Positions 1 through 12,200 of a DNA stretch of 64,000 nt are shown piece after piece. The number at the start of each line of letters is the position of its first letter. Position 1 is the first letter of the stretch. The stretch is from Macrostomum lignano. Lineage: Eukaryota. Position numbers and translations under genes: made by a program. The stretch spans positions 62,001 through 126,000 of the forward strand of contig NIVC01001870.1 of NCBI GenBank assembly GCA_002269645.1, read 5' to 3'. The notes below the pieces were generated by a model. The model was not told the DNA's origin. It made no database searches and saw only the letters and a list, made by a program, of their open reading frames with translations.

Positions 1-107
1 TAGCTAGTAACTGCCCCATGACGTTGTGGTAGCCTGCTGTTGTGGTGGAGAGCCTCTGGTGGTATTGAAAGCATCTGCTAAATATAAAGGAATAAAGAAC
101 CTCTGGT

Positions 108-341
108 TGTGGTAGAGAGCCTGCAATTAGAATTGCGGTAGAGAGCCCCGCGTTGTATTGCGGTAGAGAGCCCCGCGTAGCATTGCGGTAGACAGCCCCG
201 CGTAGTATTGCGGTAGAGAGCCTCGCGTTGTATTGCGGTAGGTAGCCTCGCGTTGTATTACGGTAGGTAGCCTCGCGTTGTATTGCGGTAGGTAGCCTCG
301 CGTTGTATTGCGGTAGGTAGCCTCGCGTTGTATTGCGGTAG
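108..341. repeat. 25-bp minisatellite (CGCGTTGTATTGCGGTAGGTAGCCT), resumes after 647
   Basis: GGTAGCCT recurs at 241 and 266 (period 25); degenerate units continue right of the solo LTR. Confidence 0.85.
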
Positions 342-646
342 TGTCGCGACTTTCCTAGTCATTTCTTTAGTTCACCTTCACTTGTCTCTGTTTACTCTGT
401 TTTCTCTCTCTGTCTAGCTCAATCTTGTTATTCTTATCTCTCTCTCCCTTGCTGCCTTCTGATTGGCTCTCCATCCTCGCCTTTCTTTAGTCGCGCACTC
501 CCACCCCTTTCTTTATTATCTGCAATTCAAACCCCCTAAGTTAATGTCTGGTATAAATACACTGGTTTGGGCCCTGCGCCCACTTACTGGCTCCAATTTA
601 ACTCCATGTAAATATATTCTTAGTTTTTAGTCTTATTTTCTCGACA
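342..646. mobile_element. Solo LTR (305 bp) of an LTR retrotransposon
   Basis: TGTCG...CGACA termini; GGTAG directly repeated at 337-341 and 647-651 (5-bp TSD); internal CCAAT-box (CTGATTGGCT) and TATAAATA; no internal coding region. Confidence 0.8.
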
Positions 647-1084
647 GGTAGAGAGGCCTCGCGTAGTATTGAAATTGCTGTATTAAGCTTCATCTGCTAA
701 AGTGCCAGTGCCTGCAAGCAGTGAGAGCCTATAAAGTTGTGGCAAAGAGCCATTGATAGATAGTCTAAAATCGATCTAGACAGTAGTATAATTGCAGTAC
801 ATCGCACACAGATGCGCATTATTTCTTCTGCACACAAGGGTCACGTCTCCTTAAGACAATTCCTGAGCGTTTACAGATCAATTTACAATGCGAAGATTCT
901 CACTCGAAAACTTAATTGTGTTTATCTTACCTCGGCTACTTTCGAATACTAAGTTAAATATAAACAAATGCTATCTAGTTCTTGACTTGAAATTTAAACC
1001 AACTAATTAGATTAACTGCAGAGATGCAGAAAGTTGCGCTTGAAATTTAGAGTGACAACATTGACGGAGACACTGAGCCAAACG

Positions 1085-4000
1085 ATGTTGCAGGCTTTGT
1101 TGCTGCTTCTAGTGGCTACTTGCACCGTAGCACAGTCAACCACAGAAATTGGCCCAGCTGTTGACATCGACTGTCTAGTTGGTTTCGAGGCTGTCAACGG
1201 TGTCTGCACGGACGTTGACGAGTGTCAGCGGTTGAACGACGATGGGAGTGGCGTGCTGGAAGAGGATCGTCGAGACATCTGCGGTAACTACGTGCACAGC
1301 CACCGGCCCGGCTACCGGTGCGTCAACACGCCGGGCTCCTATCGGTGCGAGCGAATCGTTGACTGCGGATTCGGCTACCGGCTGAATGAGACGCTGGGTG
1401 TCTGCATCGGTGAGGATTCGGAGCTGGGGATCTTTGCGCGATGGGTGGATTGGTCTAAAACTCGAAAGACCTGACTTTCTCATGGTTGGACATGCGCACT
1501 CTCTGTGCCTTTGGAGTTGGCCATCGTAGGCGGGAATCACTTGACAATTTATATAGGCCAAATTAATGGCCTATTAACGCTCGGAATCGAATCTAGGAAC
1601 CTAAAACCTCTGATCTACTCTTCCCACGGTCTTTGGGTCTGGAGGAGTGTTGTTTGTTGGGACTTTACATTTCGAGTCAAAACGATGACAACGAAATTGA
1701 AGACCTCTATTAGATTGAGAAGATAATAAAATTCTGTATGATTTATAGGGATTGAAAAAGAGAAGTGGATTGAATAGCGGGATGTAAATTGGACTAGATA
1801 GTTGGATCTAAACGGGACTAAATAGTGGGTTCAAACGGGACTAAATAGTGGGATCTAAAACGGGACTAAATAGTGGATTCAAATGGGACTACTGGGATCG
1901 AAACGGGACTACATAACGGGATCGAAACGGGACTACATAGCGGGATCGAAACGGGAATATAGGTATATGTACATGTACACATGTACTTGTACATGTACCG
2001 GGATCCGTAAATATACATTCGCAATGCGGGTACAGGATAATTAGAAGTTCAAGTCTAATTCATCATCGAAATGCACCAAAACACTCCCGCAGACATTGAC
2101 GAATGCGCAGTTCTTGGCTATGAAGCGGCTTGCGGTCTGAAACTGCCAATCAAGGTGTGCATCAACCTCGAAGGCTCGTTCCGCTGCGACTATCGCACCT
2201 GTCCGCCAGGCAGATACCTCGACAGAACCACCGGCGAGTGCAATCCATGTCGACGAGGCTACGCTAAAAACTTGCTGGATGAATGCGTTGACATCGACGA
2301 GTGCGGTAGCCGAAAAGACAGCTGCCCGCCTCACATGCGATGCGTGAACTACATTGGCGGCTACGAGTGCAAGCATAAGATCTTCTGTCCTATGGGTCGG
2401 CGGGCCAACTACAATGGGACTCTGTGCATCGGTGAGTTACCGCAGAGAGAGAGATAGGAAGGGTGGAGAGGCCAGTGCCCCAATTAAATTGCTTCGATTG
2501 TAATTCGATAATATTTTAGGATCTTTCCTTTATCATCGGCAATCATCATATTGGGGTGTCTGTCCTTCGGGAACAATTGATCCCGCGTTCCTAAAAGTCA
2601 CTGGAAAATTCCAATTGCACTTAGCTCATAAGGACTGAGAGGTGGCATGTGCACCTTAAATCCAACTCTAGCCATAACTCTCCACTCTCTTCTCACTAGG
2701 CCTAAGCTGGGGCCAAGTGTGACGCAAATTGCATCATCCACAGTTGATACGAAAACCGCGGACGTGATGTGAATTGGGGGTGAGATCTGAGAAATAGCTC
2801 AATGGTCAGGCCACGATAAAGATGTGCTAGACTTGAACGGTATAAAGAGAAGCCCGAAAATTTAGTTGATATAACAAGCTGTCTATGGCCAAAACTCTAT
2901 TTAGCTGGTCGCAGTAGCGCAACCAGAAATTTTTCAAGGGGGGGCGGATTCTGAGGGTAAAGTCCCGGGAGGGGGGGGGCGGCGGAGGGGTGGCTCTGTT
3001 TTTGGCGAAAATTCGCTTGGTCCCCCCTTTGATTTTTTTTCGGTCCCCCGCCTAAGGGGGGGGGCGACCGCCCCCCCGCCCCCCCCCCTGGTTGCGCCAC
3101 TGGCTGGTCGGAAATTTCTGAGGTTTATTTTTAGAAAACGAAACACATCGTCTATGGTAGTGGGGTAGTGGGTGGGGCTTCGTTCCCACGCCCCCGTCAC
3201 TCACTCTCAAAGTGCTGTTAGTTTAGGCGAAAATGTCTATGCTTTGCGCGCATTAACGTCGTTATTATATGACTTTAGTATTTGTCATGCTATCTCAGCC
3301 TAGAGACATCCAAACTCAGCCAGTCCCATTCCGCAATGCGTTTTTTTGGCTCGAGCTAGTCGACTTTTACCATAGACATGCTTCTTAAGGCCATGCTATC
3401 TCAGCCTGGGACATGCAATCTCAGCCAATATAGATTTCAATTGCAAACAGATCTCAATGCTATCATTTCAAACAAATAGCAATGAATGAACGCAGCAAGA
3501 AAAGTCAGTAAGGGTACGCAACAACGCTGAGATTGCATGTCCCAGGCTGAGATAGCATGGCCTTAAGAAGCATGTCTATGGTAAAACTTGACTGGCTTAC
3601 GTAAAAAATCGCACTGTCGAGATGGGCTGGCTGAGTTTGGATGTCTCTAGGCTGAGATAGCATGACAAATACTATATTAGGTATTATTAGTATATTGGAG
3701 AATATAGATGAATATGCATTATAAAGTCGTGCATCATTTAGAATTTCAAAGTTTACATGATAATTAAATGCTCTGCTAGAAAATTCGATCACTCGCTTCT
3801 TCACTGATCAATCAGTGTTTAACAAAGCTCTAATGAAAAATTCCAAAAGGGCTCAAAGGACAATGAACTTTGATTTGCAGACATTGACGAATGCGCAGAG
3901 CACCCGAAAATCTGCGGAGTTGGTCGCAATTGCATCAACTTGGATGGTTCTTACAGATGCGAATCTAAACAATGCGGCAGATTGCAAGAGTAGGTGGACT

Positions 4001-7000
4001 TTTGTCCCTGAAAAATGCTTTGTTTAAATCTACGGAATTTAAAATACGCCCGCCTCTGCAATCCGACTTCCTGCAGGCTAAATTCACAGAGTGGAGAATG
4101 CGTCTGCACTGAAGGATTTCGAATGAATGCGACTTCAAAATTGTGCGAAGGTATAGAAAAATGGTGTTTTTGAGTGAGGTGGGTGTTTTGGAGTGAGGTG
4201 GGTGTTTTGGAGTGAGGTGGGTGTTTTGGAGTGAGGTGGGTGTTTTGGAGTGAGGTGGGTGTTTTGGAGTGAGGTGGGTGTTTTGGAGTGAGGTGGGTGT
4301 TTTGGAGTGAGGTGGGTGTTTTGGGGTGAGGTGGGTGTTTTGGAGTGAGGTGGGTGTTTTGGAGTGAGGTGGGTGTTTTGGAGTGGGGTGGGTGTTTTGG
4401 AGTGAGGTGGGTGTTTTGGAGTGAGGTGGGTGTTTTGGAGTGAGGTGGGTGTTTTGGAGTGAGGTGGGTGTTTTTGAGTGAGGTGGGTGTTTTTGAGTGA
4501 GGTGGGTGTTTTGGAGTGAGGTGGGTGTTTTTGAGTGAGGTGGGTGTTTTGGAGTGAGGTGGGTGTTTTGGAGTGAGGTGGGTGTTTTGGAGTGAGGTGG
4601 GTGTTTTTGAGTGAGGTGGGTGTTTTTGAGTGAGGTGGGTGTTTTGGAGTGAGGTGGGTGTTTTGGAGTGAGGTGGGTGTTTTGGAGTGAGGTGGGTGCT
4701 TTGGGGAGCGAGGTGGGTGTTTTGGAGTGAGGTGGGTGTTTTGGAGTGAGGTAGGTTTGAGGAGGATGCTATTGGTTGTTATAAAAGCTTTTTAATATCA
4801 CTTTAACACAATTCAGACATCAACGAGTGCACAGAAGGCAGGCACAACTGTGACGCCAACGATGTTTGTCGAAATACACGCGGTCATTATGACTGCTTAT
4901 CCAGAGACAAGGTTTGCGAGCCGGGCTTCGGATTAAGCTTCGACCACTCCAGCTGCGTTGGTAAGATTCAGCAATAAAAAGTCTAATTGAGCATTAAAAA
5001 TTGTTTCTCAAGCTAATCTGCATTGACAGATATTGACGAGTGCCGGTTGGGTCATCACAAGTGCAGCGAACGCGAAGTGTGCAACAACACTCACGGATCC
5101 TATGTCTGCGAATGCTCGCCCGGATTCCACAGGGTTGGCGGCAGTAGGGAGTGCACAGGTAGGAAATTGCTTCTTTGGTGTGTTGCTACGCTCGTATTCC
5201 TTAAAGTTCCTTCATGTGTTGCCATTGCCTGGCGCTTCGATGTGCCGGTCGCGATTCCCTGATCCTTTGATGTGCCGCCATTCCCTGATCCTTTGATGTG
5301 CCCCCATTCCCTGGTCCTTTGATGTACCACCATTCCCTGGCTCTTTGGGAGCCGCCATTTCCTGATCCTTTGATGTGCCGCCATTTCCTGATCCTTTGAT
5401 GTGCCGCCATTTCCTGATCCTTTGATGTGCCGCCATTTCCTGATCCTTTGATGTACCGCCATTTCCTGATCCTTTGATGTGCCGCCATTTCCTGATCCTT
5501 TGATGTACCGCCATTTCCTGATCCTTTGATGTGCCGCCATTTCCTGATCCTTTGATGTGCCGCCATTTCCTGATCCTTTGATGTGCCGCCATTTCCTGAT
5601 CCTTTGATGTGCCGCCATTTCCTGATCCTTTGATGTGCCGCCATTTCCTGATCCTTTGATGTGCCGCCATTTCCTGATCCTTTGATGTGCCGCCATTCCA
5701 TGGCTTTTTGAGGAGCCGCCATTTCCTAATCCTTTGATGTGCCCCGTTTTTTACGACGATTATTCTTTATAAGCCGAAGTTCCATGGTTCTTTGACGCAC
5801 CGCCATCATCTGGTCAATTGTTGTACCGTCATTCCCTCTAATTTTTTGATGAGCCGCCATTCTCTTGTTGCTTGATGATATTCTTAAACTCACCTCGCTG
5901 CCTTACCCAGACATCGACGAATGCACTTTAAAAAATGGAAGCAGCCCGTGCCCGGCACACCTGCAGTGCCGGAACAGCCCCGGTTCGTACACCTGCGTTT
6001 GTCCCCTTGGTTACCAGCCAAACAACGCTTCTGACATTGCCAACGCATCCCTGACATGCGTTGACATCGATGAATGCGCGCAGTTGCCCGACATCTGCGG
6101 CAGCGTTGGCACCTGCCGTAACAGTCCAGCAGGCGCCTACACTTGCACCTGTCCCGGCGGCTACATGGCCACGGACGTGGTTCGGGGCACCTGCGCAGAC
6201 ATCGACGAGTGCCAGTTAAACGCCTGTCCAGCAGGGGCCGCGTGTCGCAACACGCCTGGCAACTACGACTGCCAGTGTCGACCGGGGTTTCTGTTCGTGC
6301 GACAGAAGAACCTCTGCGAAGGTGATTGGTGCTTCTGGTAGCGCTTGCCTGATTGCTGCTTCTAATAGTCTTTCCTGATTGCTGCTTCTAATAGTCTTTC
6401 CTGGTTGCTGCTTCTGATAGTCTTTCCTGATTGCTGCTTCTGGTAGTCTTTCCTGATTGCTGCTTCTAATAGTCTTTCCTGATTATTGCTTTTGGTAGCG
6501 CTTGCCTGATTGCTGCTTCTAATAAATAGTCTTTCCTGGTTGCTGCTTCTAATAGTCTTTTCTTGGTTGCTGCTTTTGGTAGCGTTTTTTTATTTTTGCT
6601 TTAGTTCTTGCTGAAAGTTCTTTTCGTTGCCTGTAATGACCCAGTAAATGTGTCCCGATCCAACCGGCAGACATTAACGAATGCGACCAGCCTGACAATG
6701 AGTGCGCTCAGAATGGCACGAGCTGCTTTAACTATCGCGGCGGCTCCACCTGCTACCGGCACGCCTGCCCTGAGGGGTTTCGGCTGCCCCGATCGGGGTC
6801 AGGACTTCACACTGCAAACACGCTGTCGTTCAGGTGAATTCGTGCCTTCTTCCCGTTTAGTGGGAGTTTGTCCTGCTGGACTAGACCTAACTATAAGAAT
6901 ATAAAAGATTAAGGTTTACCTGTCACATCGAATTTCTAGTCGTCTGCTCTATCTACAATGCTCTATAATCCGATCTACCTGTCGCATCTCACTCTAGACA

Positions 7001-7722
7001 ATCAGATCTACCTGTCACATCTCAGTATAGACAATCAGATCTACCTGTCACATCTCACTCTAGACAATCAGATCTACCTGTCACATCTCACTCTAGACAA
7101 TCAGATCTACCTGTCACATCTCACTCTAGACAATCCGATCTAGCTGTCACATCTCACAATAAACACTCCGGTCTACCTGTAGTGACACCACTCGTGTGCA
7201 AGCCGGCAATACGTTAACAGACTAAAATAAAAAAACCTGTTTGATCTCTCCTTATACAGTTGCCGTCTAATCGGCGAAGCGTGTCATCCAGCGCCAAGAT
7301 TCGACGGTGTCAGGCAGCAGCGGCGGGTGTGCATCAAGCGACACCGCATTGTGCACAAAGCCCAGGAGATGCTGCTAGCAAATCGAGGCTCCTTCGTCAC
7401 GGTTCAGTCGGACATGCGTCTTGGCCTGCGCGAGTGCCAGTTCAGAGCCACTCTGTTCCGGGCCAGTGGCCTTCGGACCACCAGCTATCAAGTGGAGACT
7501 ACCGCTGCCCCTACCGATGAAGAGGCCGTGCGATTTCACCAGAGACAGACGCAGCGGTACACAATTTGTAGCACAGAACTGCGAATCGATGGCGCCGCCT
7601 CCGCCGATGGAAACTCGACCGGCGGCACAGATCCAGTACAGTGGGCTCAAGTTGAAGTAGTCCTGATCAAAGGCGCCGCAGCCGATATATCGAACAACAC
7701 CGTGAATCTTATCTACCTCTGA
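1085..7722 (+). CDS. Secreted fibulin-like calcium-binding EGF repeat protein (~718 aa, 9 exons)
   Basis: Exons 1085-1409, 2093-2431, 3881-3989, 4077-4150, 4817-4960, 5030-5158, 5911-6321, 6671-6833, 7260-7722; all GT-AG with matching phases, total 2157 nt in frame; N-terminal hydrophobic signal (MLQALLLLLVATCTVA); ~10 D-I-D/N-E-C...C-x-N-x-x-G-S/G-Y/F-x-C cbEGF modules; C-terminal non-EGF domain resembling the fibulin C-terminal module. Confidence 0.85.
1805..1960. repeat. ~23-24-bp intronic minisatellite (AAACGGGACTAAATAGTGGGATCT)
   Basis: AAACGGGACTA recurs ~6 times with variation. Confidence 0.7.
2912..3102. mobile_element. hAT-type MITE (191 bp)
   Basis: 15-bp TIRs CAGTAGCGCAACCAG / CTGGTTGCGCCACTG (1 mismatch); exact 8-bp TSD GCTGGTCG at 2904-2911 and 3103-3110; 8-bp TSD is a hAT hallmark. 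Confidence 0.88.
3276..3674. mobile_element. Long-TIR (foldback-like) MITE, TA-flanked
   Basis: ~150-bp inverted arms 3276-3425 and 3526-3674 (TAGTATTTGTCATGCTATCTCAGCCTAGAGACATCCAAACTCAGCCAG...); TA at both outer ends. Confidence 0.8.
4163..4756. repeat. 19-bp minisatellite (GGGTGTTTTGGAGTGAGGT)n
   Basis: ~31 near-perfect units in fibulin intron 4. Confidence 0.95.
5262..5745. repeat. 26-bp minisatellite (GATCCTTTGATGTGCCGCCATTTCCT)n
   Basis: ~18 units in fibulin intron 6; explains the repetitive minus-strand ORFs 5100-5722. Confidence 0.95.
6340..6585. repeat. 26-bp minisatellite (CCTGATTGCTGCTTCTAATAGTCTTT)n
   Basis: ~9 units in fibulin intron 7. Confidence 0.85.
6965..7160. repeat. 33-bp minisatellite (ATCTACCTGTCACATCTCACTCTAGACAATCAG)n
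   Basis: ~5-6 units in fibulin intron 8. Confidence 0.85.
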
Positions 7723-8179
7723 GGCTCTTTTTCGCCAGGAAGAAAGTTAACAAACACTCTGACTTTTAGTGTTTGTTATAAACTTCTATAAATAGTCAGT
7801 TAAACAAACTAAATCGTATGTACGAGTATTTTACTATGTTCGTAACTGAAAGTTTTGGCACCGCTTTAAAAACTTAAGTAACCCGCAAGTTAATTGGTTC
7901 TGATTATTGCAGTTGTTGATATTTTACGTGACATATCGCTTAAAATTCTGTCACTCAATGACCTTGAAAACTTGGTTGACCTTGACCTTGAGTGGTCGTG
8001 CGATAAAGAAGCTTCAAAAGCAAACTTCAGATGGCCAATTTTGATATGCATCTGGGCCAGAAACTGTCAGTAACCTCAGAACCCGAGTTGCTTGCAGACA
8101 GATGTCCGAATAGTGTCATTGGCATTAGCTTTTCTGTTCTTTCTAGGGGTTCACGGTAAGTTTCCGATACAGAAGAATA

Positions 8180-8960
8180 GGCGCTAGCTAAAGAGAGGGC
8201 GCCAGCTACAGAGAGGGCGCCAGCTACAGTGGGGGGCACCAACTACAGAGAGGGCGCCAGCTACAGAGGGGGCGCCAGCTACAGTGGGGGCGCCAGCTAC
8301 AGAGGGGGCGCCAGCTACAGAGGATGCGTCAGCTACAGTGGGGGGCGCCAGTTACAGAGGGGGCGCCAGCTACAGAGGGGGCGCCAGCTACAGAGGGGGC
8401 GCCAGCTACAGAGGGGGCGCCAGCTACAGAGGGGGCGCCAGCTACAGAGGGGGCGCCAGCTACAGAGAGGGGGCGCCAGTTACAGAGGGGGCGCCAGCTA
8501 CAGAAGGGGCGCCAGCTACAGAGGGGGCGCCAGCTACAGAAGGGGCGCCAGCTACAGAGGGGGCGCCAGCTACAGAGAGAGCGCCAGCTACAGTGGGGGC
8601 ACCAACTACAGAGAGGGCGCCAGCTACAGTGGGGGCGCCAGCTACAGAGGGGGGCGCCAGCTACAGAGAGGGGGCCAGCTATAGAGGGGCGCCAGCTACA
8701 GAGGGGGCGCCAGCTACAGTGGGGGGCGCCAGCTACAGAGGGGGCGCCAGCTACAGTGGGGGGCGCCAGCTACAGAGGGGGCGTCAGCTACAGAGGGGGT
8801 GCCAGCTACAGAGGGGGCGCCAGCTACAGAGGGGGCGCCAGCTACAGTGGGGGGCGCCAGCTACAGAGGGGGCGCCAGCTACAGTGGGGGGCGCCAGCTA
8901 CAGAGGGGGCGTCAGCTACAGAGGGGGTGCCAGCTACAGAGGGGGCGCCAGCTACAGAGG
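8180..8960. repeat. 18-bp minisatellite (GCCAGCTACAGAGGGGGC)n
   Basis: ~40 units with indel variants; source of the GAPATE/GASYRG/RQLQRG ORFs. Confidence 0.95.
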
Positions 8961-9215
8961 GAAGATTTCACTTGCACTATCACAAAGTCAACTTTAATCA
9001 TTTCCATCTAAACTACTTAGAAAAATAGTAGTATAGAACATATATCCAACGACACAACACAGCATAAACAATGCATGCAACCATAGACAAGATTTAGCGC
9101 TTCTTTCAAAACTATAAATTTATAACTACACTGAATTTGAAATTTAAAGAAAACTGCGTCAAGTAGATGACAAGAGAAACTGCAGAAAAATTCATATCCA
9201 AAGATAGTCGATGCG

Positions 9216-12200
9216 ATGACTCTGAGAAACCGAAATCAAACAGAGACTGCTCGAAAGCAGCAGGAGCAGCCGACTCAGCTAGGCCAGCAGAAGAAGCCGA
9301 AGCAACAGCAGCAACAATCAAAAGTGCCATCAGTCGCCGCGGCCTTCTATCGCAAGCTAACCGAAACAGTTCAAGAAGAGAAAGGCAACGCTGAAGAGAT
9401 GGTCAGATGGGCACTGACCGCCTATGCCAACCTGTTGAAGAATATCGACAAATCTCTGCTGCTCCCGGCCAAAGAGAAGGACAGGGAGAAACAGCAGGCT
9501 AGTGCTGAGGCTGCCAGGCTGGACAGATACCGATCTAGGGGACTGAACTGTGAGTAATGCCCTGGGGGTTCGATTCCCTACACTGCCATAGAGTAGCTTC
9601 GATACCTTTCACAAGCTCGAAACTTTGGAGCTCGAATTTTCCCACAATAAAAATTTTCGCAAGCTATGAGGGCCCACCGCCAAGGCAGAGGGTGTGCAGA
9701 CAGTGTGTGATTGCGTCACAATCTGCTTTATGAATCAGTGTTGATAGATCAGTGTTAATAGATCAGTGTTGATAGATCAGTGTTGATAGATCAGTGTTGA
9801 TAGATCAGTGTTGATAGATCAGTGTTGATAGATCACTGTTGATAGATCACTGTTGATAGATCAGTGTTGATAGATCACTGTTGATAGATCACTGTTGATA
9901 GATCAGTGTTAATAGATCAGTGTTGATAGATCAGTGTTGATAGATCAGTGTTGATAGATCAGTGTTGATAGATCAGTGCTGGTAGATCAGTGTTGATAGA
10001 TCAGTGTTGATTGATCAGTGTTGATAGATCAGTGTTGATAGATCAGTGTTGATAGATCAGTGTTGATAGGTCAGTGTTGATAGATCAGTGTTGATAGATC
10101 AGTGTTGATAGATCAGTGTTGATAGATCACTGTTGATAGATCACTGTTGATAGATCAGTGTTGATAGATCACTGTTGATAGATCACTGTTGATAGATCAG
10201 TGTTGATAGATCACTGTTGATAGATCACTGTTGATAGATCCGTGTTGATAGATCACTGTTGATAGATCAGTGTTGATAGATCACTGTTGATAGATCACTG
10301 TTGATAGATCCGTGTTGATAGATCACTGTTGATAGATCACTGTTGATAGATCACTGTTGATAGATCAATGTTGATAGATCCGTGTTGATATATCAATGTC
10401 AATAGATCAGGGTTTATAGATCAGTGTTGATAAATCAGTGTTGATAGATCAGTGTTGATAGATCAGTGTTGATAGATCAGTGTTGATTGATCAGTGTTGA
10501 TAGATCAGTGTTGATAGATCAGTGTTGATAGATCAGTGTTGTTAGCTATCCTAGATAAAGATAGATCATTGTCGATAGATCAGTGTTGTTAGCTATCCTA
10601 GATAAAGCCGTATCTCCCCCCCCCAGACTCCGTGCGCCACATCAGCCCAGCTATTCAGCGACGTCAGCGAGCCGACCGCGGTCAGAGCAAGGACCTGGCT
10701 ACCCTCATCGAGGAGCTGAAGCAGCAGCGGGATCTGTGGGAGGCGTTTCTCGGCGGATTCAAGGAGTCCCTCGGTTCGGGGCTGACTGCCGAGCAAAAAG
10801 AAGCCGTGGCAAAAAAGAATGATGACACACTATATGAGATTTACAAGTGAGTGCTGGATAAATGCAGATCCATATGGGGTTTATTGGGGCATAGATTACC
10901 TATAGATATGCGTAGATTACCTATAGATATGCATAGATTACCTATAGATATGCGTAAATTACCTATAGGTGCATAGACTACCTAGATATTCATAGATTAC
11001 CTATAGATCGATACAAAAATTACATTTAGATTATGCATAGGTTACAGCTATAGATGCAAAGATAACCTATAATAAACGCTCTAATACCTATAGATGCGTA
11101 GTATACTTAGCTTAGACGCATCGACATAGATACGTATCAATTACTATAAGTAGTCTAGCCTATAATACTGGATTTAAACATTCCAGAACTGTGTGGCCAA
11201 TTCTCGATAAGCTCAATTCAGCCAGCAAGCTTGAGAACGAAAAATGATCCAAGCGAATTGCACTCAGTGACCTTGACCTGAGCTGAGTTAGCTCAACAAG
11301 CATTATATTAACTCTTACCTTCTTTTTCAAGCTCGTGAATTTTTTTTGCCTCAACATTCGTTTGAAAGTCTGTCGCAAGGGTCTCTTGGCCGCAAACGTT
11401 CGTTTCAGCTTGTCGATCGCATGCATGAATTTATAGATATTCGTAATATCAAATGCATAGCTGAAGACACCTGCGTTTTAAAGGCCATCTTATGAAAGCA
11501 AAAAATGTATGTTGTTAATAAATCAGTGTTGATAGATCGGTGTTAATAAATCAGTGTTGATAGATCAGTGTTGATAGATCGGTGTTGATTGATCAGTGTT
11601 GATAGATCAGTGTTGATAGATCAGTGTTGATTGATCAGTGTTGATAGATCAGTGTTGATAGATCGGTGTTGATAGATCAGTGTTGATAGATCGGTGTTGA
11701 TAGATCAGTGTTGATAGATCAGTGTTGATAGATCAGTGTTGATAGATTAGTGTTGATAGATCAGTGTTGATAGATCAGTGTTGATAGATCACTGTTGATA
11801 GATCAGTGTTGATAGATCAGTGTTGATAGATCACTGTTGATAGATCAGTGTTGATAGATCACTGTTGATAGATCAGTGTTGATAGGTCAGTGTTGATAGA
11901 TCAGTGTTGATAGATCAGTGTTGATAGGTCAGTGTTGATAGATCAGTGTTGATAGGTCAGTGTTGATAGATCAGTGTTGATAGATCAGTGTTGATAGATC
12001 AGTGTTGATAGATCAGTGTTGATAGATCAGTGTTGATGGATCAGTGTTGATAGATCAGTGTTGATAGATCAGTGTTGATAGATCAGTGTTGATAGATCAG
12101 TGTTGATAGATCAGTGTTGATAGATCACTGTTGATAGATCAGTGTTGATAGATCAGTGTTGATAGATCAGTGTTGATAGATCAGTGTTTATTAATCAGTG

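Noticed and set aside
5100-5722. Long minus-strand ORFs in three frames
   Set aside because: They are translations of the 26-bp intronic minisatellite with no unique coding content.
7965-8000. TGACCTTGAC motif recurring at ~7980, ~11270 and inverted at ~44112
   Set aside because: Too short to define an element, and the flanks do not align.
8229-9028. GAPATE/GASYRG/RQLQRG repeat ORFs that look like a repetitive adhesive or structural protein
   Set aside because: The 18-bp array has many single-base indels that switch frames, so the frame is not conserved.
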